Shown here: positions 8,274 to 16,137 of the stretch, piece by piece
Layout of the letters: every line of letters starts with the position of its first letter
How positions within the stretch are numbered: position 1 is the first letter of the stretch
Source: Chloroflexota bacterium
Lineage (GTDB): Bacteria > Chloroflexota > Anaerolineae > Anaerolineales > UBA11579
Direction: 5' to 3'
NCBI GenBank assembly: GCA_016191875.1
Contig: JACPVG010000019.1
Location: 58,020-90,019, forward strand
DNA: 32,000 bases
The notes under the pieces: model-generated
The model's database searches: none
What the model was told of the DNA's origin: nothing
What the model saw: only the letters and a program-made list of their open reading frames with translations
Made by a program: the position numbers and the translations under genes

Positions 8274-9686
8274 ATGAACCCCCCATTTTCGCAAAAAAAT
8301 CTAATGAGCCTGGCCGGACTGAGCGTTGCCGCCGGTCTGGCCCTGATGGCGTGGCCGGCCTTCCGTCATTCTGTATTCGTGCAGGTCAATGGCGCGCCGC
8401 CATGGGTTGCTACTGTCTGGGGGGCGACTGTGGGCGCGGCACTGCACAACGCCCATGTGGATGTCTATCCGCAGGACAAGGTATTCCCTGGACTGGATGC
8501 GCCCCTGAAAGATGGCCTGCTGATACAAGTCTGGCCTGCCCGCCCGGTGGAAATCCATGCCGCGGATGTGGTCCTTGTGATTTTGACCGCTGAACGAGTG
8601 CCCGCCAACATACTGCGGACTGCCGGTTTCCGCCTATACGCCGGCGATCAGGTGCTGGCAGACGGCCTGCCCGTTGACCCGCAGGCGGAAGCGCCGGCGT
8701 CTGGATTCCAGGTGCTGGAACTACGACCGACGCTGGCCACCCGGTTGACGCGGGACAAGGAAACCCTGCGGCTGTTCTCTCCCGGCCCCACACTGGCCCA
8801 GGCACTGCAAGATAACCAGATCAAGTTGTACGCTTCAGACCTACTCCAGCCGCCGCCTGAAACGTTGCTGGTGGAGGGCCTCACGGCCGGCCTCGCCAGC
8901 GGCCAGGTCATCACCGTTCAAATCGGCGAACGCTCCATCACCACCCGCGCCGCGGGCGCGACCGTCGGCCAGGCGCTGGCCTCGGCAGGGCTCTCCCTGC
9001 AAGGGCTGGACTACAGCATCCCGGCCGAAGGCCTGCAGTTGCCCTCCGACGGGAAGATTCGCGTGGTGCGGGTGCGTGAGGAAATCGCCCTGGAACAGAC
9101 GCTGTTGGCATTCGAGACGCAGCTCCAGCCAATGCCCGAGGTCGAGATCGATACGCTCCAGGTGGTGCAGGCCGGCGAATACGGACTGAAGGCCCAGCGT
9201 GTGCGTATCCGCTTTGAAGATGGCGAGGAAGTAAGCCGCAGTGTCGAGGATGAATGGGTGGCGCGCCAGCCTGTGGCGCGCGTCCAGGGTTACGGCACGA
9301 AAATCGTCATCCGGACGGCCAACACGCCTGACGGCACGATCGAGTACTGGCGGGCGGTCGAAGTCTACGCCACATCCTATGCGCCCGCCAACGCAGGCAC
9401 GCCGGTGGACGCGCCCAATTACGGCATCACATACAGCGGCCAGCCGTTGCGCAAGGGCCATATTGCCGTCATCCGTTCCTGGTACCCCTATCTGGCGGGC
9501 TGGTCTTTCTATGTTCCGGGCTATGGCATCGGCACGGTGGCCGACATCGGCGGCGGATTCCCGGACCGGCATTGGATCGACCTCGGGTATACAGACGCGG
9601 AGTACGTCGCATGGCATGAATACGTCACGCTGTACTTCCTGACGCCCGTTCCTCCAGAAGACCAGATCCTGTGGGTTCTGCCTTGA
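8274..9686 (+). CDS. YabE/RpfB-like cell-wall protein (DUF348 repeats, G5 domain, C-terminal 3D domain)
   Basis: Track ORF starts at a TTG at 8223, inside the SRP RNA. The ATG at 8274 (MNPPFSQKNLMSLAGLSVAAGLALMAW, a signal anchor) is the first start clear of the RNA. The C-terminus YATSYAPANAGTP...GITYSGQPLRKGHIAVIRSW...GYGIGTVADIGGGFPDRHWIDLGY is 3D-domain-like. The preceding VEDEWVARQPVARVQGYGTK is G5-like. Confidence 0.75.
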   Translation: MNPPFSQKNLMSLAGLSVAAGLALMAWPAFRHSVFVQVNGAPPWVATVWGATVGAALHNAHVDVYPQDKVFPGLDAPLKDGLLIQVWPARPVEIHAADVVLVILTAERVPANILRTAGFRLYAGDQVLADGLPVDPQAEAPASGFQVLELRPTLATRLTRDKETLRLFSPGPTLAQALQDNQIKLYASDLLQPPPETLLVEGLTAGLASGQVITVQIGERSITTRAAGATVGQALASAGLSLQGLDYSIPAEGLQLPSDGKIRVVRVREEIALEQTLLAFETQLQPMPEVEIDTLQVVQAGEYGLKAQRVRIRFEDGEEVSRSVEDEWVARQPVARVQGYGTKIVIRTANTPDGTIEYWRAVEVYATSYAPANAGTPVDAPNYGITYSGQPLRKGHIAVIRSWYPYLAGWSFYVPGYGIGTVADIGGGFPDRHWIDLGYTDAEYVAWHEYVTLYFLTPVPPEDQILWVLP

Positions 9687-10540
9687 TGGCCGGGCGGATC
9701 CCGGTGGACTTGCCCCCGCTGAATGTCTCCCAATTGCTCAGGCAATTCGGCCTCCGGCCGGATAAGCGATTGGGTCAGAATTTCCTCATCGACCCCGGCG
9801 CGTTGAAGAAGGTGGTTACCGCGGCCGCCATCCCGCCGGGCTCCACGATCCTTGAGATCGGCCCCGGGGTGGGCAGCCTCACCCGCTACCTGGCGCTGGC
9901 CGCCCGCCGGGTGGTGGCGGTGGAACTGGATGAACGCCTGCTGCCACCCCTGGCGGAGGTGCTTGGGCCTCACGCCAACGTGAAGGTCGTGCCGGGTGAT
10001 ATCCTCGCCGCCGATGTGGATGCCCTGGTAGATGGGGAGCCGTACGATGTCGTCGCCAACATCCCGTACTACATCACATCGGCTGTCGTGCGCCACCTGC
10101 TGACGGCCAGGCAGCGACCGGGCAGCATCACGCTGACGGTGCAGGCCGAGGTTGCCGGACGCATCTGCGCCGGACCGGGCGCGCACAGTTTGCTCTCCCT
10201 GAGCGTGCAGATCTTCGGCAACCCGAGCATTCGCGCTCACATCCCCGGCGGGGCATTCTATCCGCCGCCCAAGGTGGACAGCGCGGTGGTGCACATCGGC
10301 CTGTACGACCAGCCGGCCGTCCCCGCCGGTCGGATGGACGTGTTCTTCCGGTTGTTGAAGGCCGGATTCAGTCAGAAACGGAAGAACCTGCGCAACAGTC
10401 TGAGCGCAGGTTTGGGCATGGAGAAGGCCCAGGTTGAAGGGCTGTTGGAGAAGGCTGGATTGGACCCCAGCCGGCGGGCGCAGACGCTGAACGTGCCGGA
10501 ATGGCTGGCGCTGGTTGATGCGTATAGCCTATTTGCCTGA
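9686..10540 (+). CDS. rsmA: 16S rRNA (adenine1518/1519-N6)-dimethyltransferase
   Basis: RLGQNFLIDPGALKKVV, ILEIGPGVGSLT and NIPYYITS are KsgA/RsmA signatures. The ATG at 9686 shares one base with the upstream TGA (9684-9686). The track's GTG at 9671 is the alternative start. Confidence 0.9.
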   Translation: MAGRIPVDLPPLNVSQLLRQFGLRPDKRLGQNFLIDPGALKKVVTAAAIPPGSTILEIGPGVGSLTRYLALAARRVVAVELDERLLPPLAEVLGPHANVKVVPGDILAADVDALVDGEPYDVVANIPYYITSAVVRHLLTARQRPGSITLTVQAEVAGRICAGPGAHSLLSLSVQIFGNPSIRAHIPGGAFYPPPKVDSAVVHIGLYDQPAVPAGRMDVFFRLLKAGFSQKRKNLRNSLSAGLGMEKAQVEGLLEKAGLDPSRRAQTLNVPEWLALVDAYSLFA

Positions 10541-11269
10541 ATTCCCTCCCAGCGGATGCAGGTCGTTGTAGCGAGTGAGCACCCACCACACCCGCCAGGC
10601 GGCCTCGAACTGAATGCGCCAGTTCATTTTGGATTCCCCCCAGGTGCGGTCGGAAAAGTAGATAGGCGCCTCGGCGAAGCGATAGCCCAGGCGGTAGGCC
10701 ACATAGGCCGTCTCGATCTGGAACACGTAGCCGTTCGAGAGGATGCGCTCCCACGGCATAGCCGCGATGACTTCGCGCCGCCAGAGCCGGAAACCGCCCG
10801 TCACGTCCCTGATCGGCAGTGAAAGGATCGACCGGCCGTAGAAGTTCGCCCAGCGTGAGAGCCCCTTGCGCCATAGCGGCCAGTGGACGTCCACTGAACC
10901 GCCCAGCACGTAGCGGCTGCCAATGACCACGTCGGCGTCCGCCAGCCGGGAAACCATTTCCGGTAGTCGGTCGGCTGGATGGCTGAAGTCTGTGTCCATC
11001 TGGCCAACGACTTCGGCGCCGCTGTTCAGCGCCTCCCGGAAGCCGAGGCGGTAAGCCCCGCCCAGGCCGCGCTCGTCCCGCCGGTGCAGGGCACGGATTC
11101 GGCCGGATGACTTCCGGGCCAGTTCTTCAGCCAGTTGGCCGGTCCCATCCGGGCTATTATCATCCACGATCAGCAGCGAGAGTTCGAGCGGCAGCCCCAG
11201 CAGGATGGGGGCCAGCGCTCTCAGATTTTCAAGTTCGTTGTAGGTGGGTAGAATGATGGTCAGGCGCAC
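10529..11269 (-). CDS. GT2 polyprenol-phosphate mannosyl/glycosyl transferase (Ppm1/DPM1-like)
   Basis: LTIILPTYNELENL...LLIVDDNSPDGTGQLAEELA...RRDERGLGGAYRLGF. Track ORF starts at 11338 and overlaps the upstream regulator gene. The GTG at 11267-11269, 9 nt after that gene's TGA, is more plausible. Confidence 0.8.
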   Translation of the reverse strand: MRLTIILPTYNELENLRALAPILLGLPLELSLLIVDDNSPDGTGQLAEELARKSSGRIRALHRRDERGLGGAYRLGFREALNSGAEVVGQMDTDFSHPADRLPEMVSRLADADVVIGSRYVLGGSVDVHWPLWRKGLSRWANFYGRSILSLPIRDVTGGFRLWRREVIAAMPWERILSNGYVFQIETAYVAYRLGYRFAEAPIYFSDRTWGESKMNWRIQFEAAWRVWWVLTRYNDLHPLGGNSGK

Positions 11270-11279
11270 GGAGGCCAGC

Positions 11280-12140
11280 TCAGGTTGGGCGACGCAGCAG
11301 GGAAGACTTGAGGGCCTCCAGGGACTTGAACGGCCCATCGGCCGGGGAAGCCACCAGACTGACGATCTGCAGCCGGCCCTTGTTGGCGGGCGAGAGTTGG
11401 GCTTCGCGGTCTTTGAGCGGGTAGAAATACTCCAGCGATTGCAGCAGACGGGCGACGAGCGTTTTCTCCAATTCGGCGGCTCGCTCCGGGCCTGTAAGGA
11501 TGCAGAAGTCGGTGGTGGTCAGGTGGCCGACGAAATCGTCGCTGTGCTCGCCTTCATGCAGGGCATTGTAGATCATCACGCTCATCGCCCGCAACACGTC
11601 GTCGGCCGCCACAAAGCCGTGCGCCTCACGAAAGCGGTCCAGGTTGATGATGGTGATCACCAATAGGGTCCATTCCGCGCGGGCGAGCAGGTCGTTCAGT
11701 CGTTCGTCGACCAGCGCGCCGTCCGGTAGGCCGGTGACCGGGTGAGTGAGCGTGTTCTGGCGGTTGCGGCTCAGAGCATTGCGCACCCGCAGCCGCAGTT
11801 CCTGGACGTCGAACGGCTTGGTGATGTAGTCTTCCACGCCGATCTCCAGACCTTTTAGCTTATCTTCGCGTTCGCGTTTTTCGGTCAGGAAAATGATGGG
11901 CAGGTCGCGGGTATTGCGATGGGCGCGCAGCCGGCGGGCGACCTCATAGCCGTCGATGTCCGGGAGGCGGATATCCAGCAGGGCCAGGTCGATCTGGTTG
12001 GATTCGGCGACCTGCAGGGCATCTTCGCCCCAGTTGGCTGTCAGGCAGTCATAGCCCTGCACCCGGAAATAGGCGTTGAGCATCTCGGCGACATCCGGGT
12101 CGTCTTCCACGATCAGGATGGTGGGGTTGGATTCGGCCAC
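11280..12140 (-). CDS. Response regulator: REC domain fused to a degenerate (non-catalytic-looking) GGDEF domain
   Basis: The REC part reads ILIVEDDPDVAEML...LALLDIRLPDIDGYEV...PIIFLT...KPF. The GGDEF-like part opens with HPVTGLPDG, but the signature is LTTTDF (11505-11522) where GGDEF/GGEEF is expected. There is no RxxD I-site 5 residues upstream. GTG start lies 4 nt after the V4R gene stop. Confidence 0.85.
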   Translation of the reverse strand: MAESNPTILIVEDDPDVAEMLNAYFRVQGYDCLTANWGEDALQVAESNQIDLALLDIRLPDIDGYEVARRLRAHRNTRDLPIIFLTEKREREDKLKGLEIGVEDYITKPFDVQELRLRVRNALSRNRQNTLTHPVTGLPDGALVDERLNDLLARAEWTLLVITIINLDRFREAHGFVAADDVLRAMSVMIYNALHEGEHSDDFVGHLTTTDFCILTGPERAAELEKTLVARLLQSLEYFYPLKDREAQLSPANKGRLQIVSLVASPADGPFKSLEALKSSLLRRPT

Positions 12141-12144
12141 GTTA

Positions 12145-12780
12145 TTAGGAGATAGGTTCTTTTTGTATCACAAAGCGGCAGACTTCGGCGCCCATCGCAC
12201 GGCATTCCGATTCGTTGACGCGGAATTCGCTGCCGCCGGAAAGCCATTTCAAGCCCTCCTGCAGCAGGCCGGCGGCGATGAAGCACACGGGTTTGTCCTC
12301 GCCTGAACGGCCCTGGCAGCATGGGCATTGGTGGATGACGTAGTGGAACTCGGTGTCGAACTCTTGGACCGTGGAGTGTTGGTCGCTGATCTGGCTGAAG
12401 ATCTGCGCCATGGCGTTCAGGCCAATCTTGAGTTTGGCGCCCAGCGGCAGCACCTTGAACGCTAGATCGCCGGCGCCCGCCATCGCGCCGAAATTGCGCA
12501 GCGCGTCCGAAAACGTGGCGCGCCCGGCGCGCAGAGCCAGACCGCGGCCGCCGCGCGGGCCGTACATCTCCTCCAACGCCAGGTTCATCATGGAATAGTC
12601 GGAGAAGTCGAACTGCTTCTCCAGATTGGTGGGAGGGTAATTGTCGATCAGGTTGGGCAGGTGGGCCAAGTTGAGGATGGCATTCAACCCGTTCTTGCCC
12701 ATCACCTCTTCGAGAGCCCCGAGCGTGATCAACGCGAAACGGTTAGGGTAGTACAGGCCGCTCTTTGGAATTGGCTCCAT
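12145..12780 (-). CDS. V4R (4-vinyl reductase-like) domain protein
   Basis: The C-terminal half HQCPCCQGRSGEDKPVCFIAAGLLQEGLKWLSGGSEFRVNESECRAMGAEVCRFVI fits the V4R Cys/Gly pattern (C..C...C...G...G...E.eC.a.G...C.F). Confidence 0.75.
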   Translation of the reverse strand: MEPIPKSGLYYPNRFALITLGALEEVMGKNGLNAILNLAHLPNLIDNYPPTNLEKQFDFSDYSMMNLALEEMYGPRGGRGLALRAGRATFSDALRNFGAMAGAGDLAFKVLPLGAKLKIGLNAMAQIFSQISDQHSTVQEFDTEFHYVIHQCPCCQGRSGEDKPVCFIAAGLLQEGLKWLSGGSEFRVNESECRAMGAEVCRFVIQKEPIS

Positions 12781-12797
12781 GGTGTTTCGTCCGGCCC

Positions 12798-13169
12798 TTA
12801 GAGCATCGTCGCCAATTCTTCGACGGCGCGTTTCATTTCAAGGAGGATCAACCCCAGTTTGGCTTCTTTGCGGGCCATGATCGTCAGCACAGCTTCTTCG
12901 CCGACGGCCATAAGCATGACGTAGCCCTTTTCCCCTTTGATATAGACCTGGTCGAGGACGCCACGGCCCAATTCGGATGCAATGCGCTCGCCCAGCGAGA
13001 GCATTGCCGCCGACATGGCCGAAACGCGGTCTTCTTCAATTCCTTGCCGTAGCAGGGATGCGATGCTCAGGCCATCCACGCTCACAATCGCGGAGCCTTC
13101 GATGTCTGGTGACGAAGCCTGCATGTCTCTCAGGCGGTCCACCAGTTTCTGAGTGCGTGATGTCGACAA
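12798..13169 (-). CDS. Roadblock/LC7 (MglB-like) domain protein
   Basis: DIEGSAIVSVDGLSIASL...DRVSAMSAAMLSLGERIASELGRGVLDQVYIKGEKGYVMLMAVGEEAVLTIMARKEAKLGLILLEMKRA is a typical Roadblock/LC7 fold sequence. I place the start at the TTG at 13167-13169, 6 nt after AGGAG. The track's start at 13223 has no SD. Confidence 0.8.
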   Translation of the reverse strand: MSTSRTQKLVDRLRDMQASSPDIEGSAIVSVDGLSIASLLRQGIEEDRVSAMSAAMLSLGERIASELGRGVLDQVYIKGEKGYVMLMAVGEEAVLTIMARKEAKLGLILLEMKRAVEELATML

Positions 13170-13237
13170 AGCCTCACTCCTGATTGGAGATATACACCAT
13201 CTGCCGCGGCCAAGCCCGCCCACCGCGGCACTGGACT

Positions 13238-13266
13238 AATTTAGCACACCCACCCTGTTTCGTCAA
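13238..13266 (-). promoter_or_regulatory. Promoter of the Roadblock-V4R-REC operon
   Basis: On the minus strand: TTGACG (13261-13266), 17-nt spacer, TAAATT (13238-13243), with an extended -10 TGc. A leader of about 60 nt contains an 8-bp hairpin (TGCCGCGG...CCGCGGCA). Confidence 0.55.
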
Positions 13267-13331
13267 GCAAGGCCAGTTTTGGGCCGGATTCCAATCCTGC
13301 AAGGGTACCGAAAGACCGTCGCGCGGCTGCA

Positions 13332-13340
13332 TGCTATAAT
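13332..13340 (+). promoter_or_regulatory. Extended -10 promoter of hutI
   Basis: TGcTATAAT (13332-13340), a perfect -10 with an extended TG. The -35 is weak (AAGACC). The ATG at 13361 is preceded by GAGG. Confidence 0.5.
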
Positions 13341-13360
13341 CCCGCCGTCGAGGCGACCCA

Positions 13361-14614
13361 ATGTTGATTCACTCTGCCAATCAAATTCTCACCCTGGCGG
13401 GCGGACCGCAGAAGGGCGCGCGCCTCGGCCGCCTGGGCATCCTGGAAGACGGCGCCATCTACATCGAGGACGGGCGTATCGCCGCCGTAGGCCCCAGCGG
13501 CGAACTGCGCCGCCGTTATGCCGGCGCGCCGGAAGTCGACGCCATCGGCCGGGTAGCGCTGCCGGGCTTCGTAGACCCGCATACGCACGTGATCTGGGCC
13601 GGGGACCGGGCGGCGGAGTTCGAGTTGCGCCTGGAAGGCAAGGCCTACCTGGAGATCCTGGCGGCAGGCGGCGGCATCCTCTCCACAGTGCGCGCCACGC
13701 GCCGCGCCAGCCCAGATGACTTGATTGAACAGACGCGCGCCCGCCTGCGCCGAATGCTGCAGCACGGCACGACGACGGTGGAGGCAAAGACCGGCTATGG
13801 CCTCGACCAGGAAACGGAACTGAAGATGCTGGCAGTCTTGCTGGCCCTGGCGCAGGAAGGCCCCTGGGAACTGGCTATCACTTATCTGGCTGCCCATGCC
13901 GTGCCGCCGGAATACGAAAACCGGTCCGACGAATATGCGCAGGAGATCGCCACGCGCTGGCTGCCGCAACTGGTACCCTGGTGGCGCGAACATGCCGCCG
14001 GGCAGTCGCTGCCATTCGTGGATGTATTCTGCGAAACCGGCGCCTTTACGGTCGCGCAGACCGAGGGTATCCTGCAAGCCGCCAAAGACCTGGGCTTTCA
14101 GCTAAAAGTCCACTCGGATGAGTTCGACAATCTGGGCGGCACGCGCTTGGCCGCCGGATTGGGGGCAGTATCCGCCGACCACCTCGTGGCCGCGTCGGAT
14201 GATGACATCAGGGCGCTGGTCGCGAGCGGCACAGTGGCCGTGGCTCTGCCTGGAACGCCGTTCGGGTTGGGTTTGCCCGGCTACGCGCCTGCCGGGCGCA
14301 TCCTGGCGGCGGGCGGCACGCTGGCGCTGGCAAGCGATTTGAATCCCGGCACCAGTTGGTGCGAGAACATGCAGATGGCGATCGCCCTGGCCTGCCGGTC
14401 CATGAAGCTGACCCCTGCCCAGGCCATCGCCGCCGCGACCATCAACGCCGCCGCCGCCATCGGCTGGCAGGACCGCGTGGGTTCCCTGGAGATAGGCAAG
14501 CAGGCCGATATCCTCCTGCTCGATGTACCGGACTACCGCCATCTGGGCTACCGTTACGGTGTCAACCTGGTCGGCACGGTCATCAAACGCGGCCAAATCG
14601 TCTTCGAAGCCTAA
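13361..14614 (+). CDS. hutI: Imidazolonepropionase
   Basis: PGFVDPHTHVIWAGDRAAEFELRLEGKAYLEILAAGGGILSTVRATR...GTTTVEAKTGYGLD...KVHSDEF...ADHL...ALASDLNPGT are HutI/amidohydrolase signatures along the full length. Confidence 0.92.
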   Translation: MLIHSANQILTLAGGPQKGARLGRLGILEDGAIYIEDGRIAAVGPSGELRRRYAGAPEVDAIGRVALPGFVDPHTHVIWAGDRAAEFELRLEGKAYLEILAAGGGILSTVRATRRASPDDLIEQTRARLRRMLQHGTTTVEAKTGYGLDQETELKMLAVLLALAQEGPWELAITYLAAHAVPPEYENRSDEYAQEIATRWLPQLVPWWREHAAGQSLPFVDVFCETGAFTVAQTEGILQAAKDLGFQLKVHSDEFDNLGGTRLAAGLGAVSADHLVAASDDDIRALVASGTVAVALPGTPFGLGLPGYAPAGRILAAGGTLALASDLNPGTSWCENMQMAIALACRSMKLTPAQAIAAATINAAAAIGWQDRVGSLEIGKQADILLLDVPDYRHLGYRYGVNLVGTVIKRGQIVFEA

Positions 14615-14635
14615 CGAATTACCCGGAGAATCCCT

Positions 14636-14827
14636 GTGGTCGAATCCACGCTTGAGTCATTCACTTCACTGCTCGTGCCCATGCTTGCCTTGCTGGGTGT
14701 CGGCCTGCTCTGGCTACTGATTCGCTCCGTATTCCGGCTGGCTTCGCGCACGTTCCTGCTCGGCTGCGGCATGCTCTTTGGCCTGGGCGTCGCCTGGCTG
14801 TTTGTGGCCGCTGTAAAGTTCTTCTAA
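14636..14827 (+). CDS. Possible small 2-TM membrane protein
   Basis: 63-aa ORF with a GTG start that fills the hutI-HD gap. It has two hydrophobic stretches (LLVPMLALLGVGLLWLLI, LLGCGMLFGLGVAWLFVAAV). There is no other support. Confidence 0.3.
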   Translation: MVESTLESFTSLLVPMLALLGVGLLWLLIRSVFRLASRTFLLGCGMLFGLGVAWLFVAAVKFF

Positions 14828-14832
14828 CCCAT

Positions 14833-15468
14833 ATGCCCACCAGCGAACAGGCTCGCGCCTGGTACACAGACAACGACCCGACCCATGATTTCGCCCACAT
14901 CCTGCGGGTGTTGGCTCTGGCCCGGCATATCGCCGCGGCCGAAGGCGCGGATATCGAAATCGTGGAAGCCGCGGTGCTATTACACGACGCCCAGGGCAGC
15001 GACCCCGGCCAGGCGCAGGCGCGCGCCAGCCACCATGAGGGGTCCGCCGAGTTCGCCGGCGTGGTGCTGGCCGCCGAAGACTGGCCGCCCGCGCGCATCG
15101 CCGCCGTACAGGCCTGTATCCGGACACACCGCTACCGGACCGGGGAAGTCCCTGAAAGCCTGGAAGCCAAGGTGCTTTTCGACGCCGACAAGCTGGATGC
15201 CATAGGAGCCATCGGGGCGGCGCGGGCGTTGGCTTTTGCCGCCCGTTCCGGGCAGCCGTTCTACCAGGAACCATCCGAACGGTTCAGGGCCACCGGGGAA
15301 CTCGAAGAAGGTGAGGCGCGCTCCGCTTACCATGAATACGTGTTCAAGCTGGGGCGACTACGCGATCGGTTGCATACCCGGACGGCGCGTGAAATCGCCA
15401 ATCGGCGGCACAAGTTTCTATCAGATTTCTTTACTCAATTGGGGCAAGAAATGCGCGGCGAGGCTTGA
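14833..15468 (+). CDS. HD-domain metal-dependent phosphohydrolase
   Basis: HILRVLALARHIA...AAVLHDAQG...FDADKLDAIGAIGAARA gives the H..HD..D pattern of HD-superfamily hydrolases. Confidence 0.8.
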   Translation: MPTSEQARAWYTDNDPTHDFAHILRVLALARHIAAAEGADIEIVEAAVLLHDAQGSDPGQAQARASHHEGSAEFAGVVLAAEDWPPARIAAVQACIRTHRYRTGEVPESLEAKVLFDADKLDAIGAIGAARALAFAARSGQPFYQEPSERFRATGELEEGEARSAYHEYVFKLGRLRDRLHTRTAREIANRRHKFLSDFFTQLGQEMRGEA

Positions 15469-15479
15469 GCCCTGCCGGC

Positions 15480-15989
15480 TCAGTCCCCGATGGATGCGCG
15501 GATGTCTTCGCGTAGGAATTCGATCACTTCCAGCGAGATCTGGATGTCCCAGGATTTCGTTTCTTCATCCAGGTCCTGGAATACGACCATATCCCTGCGG
15601 GTCTTCGTGGTTTCACCTTCGGCCAGTAGCCGGATGATGAAATGGCTGTGAACGTATTCTCCCAGCTGTTCCAGCATCTCCTCGCGTTTTCCATCCAAGA
15701 TATCTTCGAACAACTCATCCAGCTCGCCTAAGGAAGATTCCTTCACGGCTGTCCGGAAGAAATTCGCTACAGTGTAGGGGACCAGCCGGTTGAGACTCTG
15801 GGCATCGGCTGGCAGTTCGTCGAATGGGCGCAGCATGGGATTCTTCTTGGCTTCCGGATCACGCTTTTCGCCGTATGTCCAGCCCTGGCTGAATTTAGTG
15901 TTCAACCAGCGAGTGTGCGACCGGAGTGCGCACTCCTCATACCGGCCGTTGTTGATGAAATCGCTCAGGAAGGAATACGCATTGGTCAT
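15480..15989 (-). CDS. RyR (ryanodine-receptor-type) domain protein, apparently two repeats
   Basis: ALRSHTRWLNTKFSQGWTYGEKRDPEAKKNPMLRPFDELPADAQSLNRLVPYTV fits the bacterial RyR consensus (H..W....GW.YG..rd...K.hP.l.pyeeLp...k..dr). A second, weaker repeat follows (YVHSHFIIRLLAEGETTKTRRDMVVFQDLDEETKSWD). TATAAT lies on the minus strand about 23 nt upstream of the ATG. Confidence 0.65.
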   Translation of the reverse strand: MTNAYSFLSDFINNGRYEECALRSHTRWLNTKFSQGWTYGEKRDPEAKKNPMLRPFDELPADAQSLNRLVPYTVANFFRTAVKESSLGELDELFEDILDGKREEMLEQLGEYVHSHFIIRLLAEGETTKTRRDMVVFQDLDEETKSWDIQISLEVIEFLREDIRASIGD

Positions 15990-16137
15990 GGGAATCGACT
16001 CAGGGAATTATACTCTGCCGGTTTCTATAGGCTCATGATAATCGAGGTCGACTTTCGGCGCGGGATGATATCATGACAGATTCGCAAGGATGCCCTTGCC
16101 TTGTCCTGTGGGCCCATTCTTGGGCTACAATTAGGGC

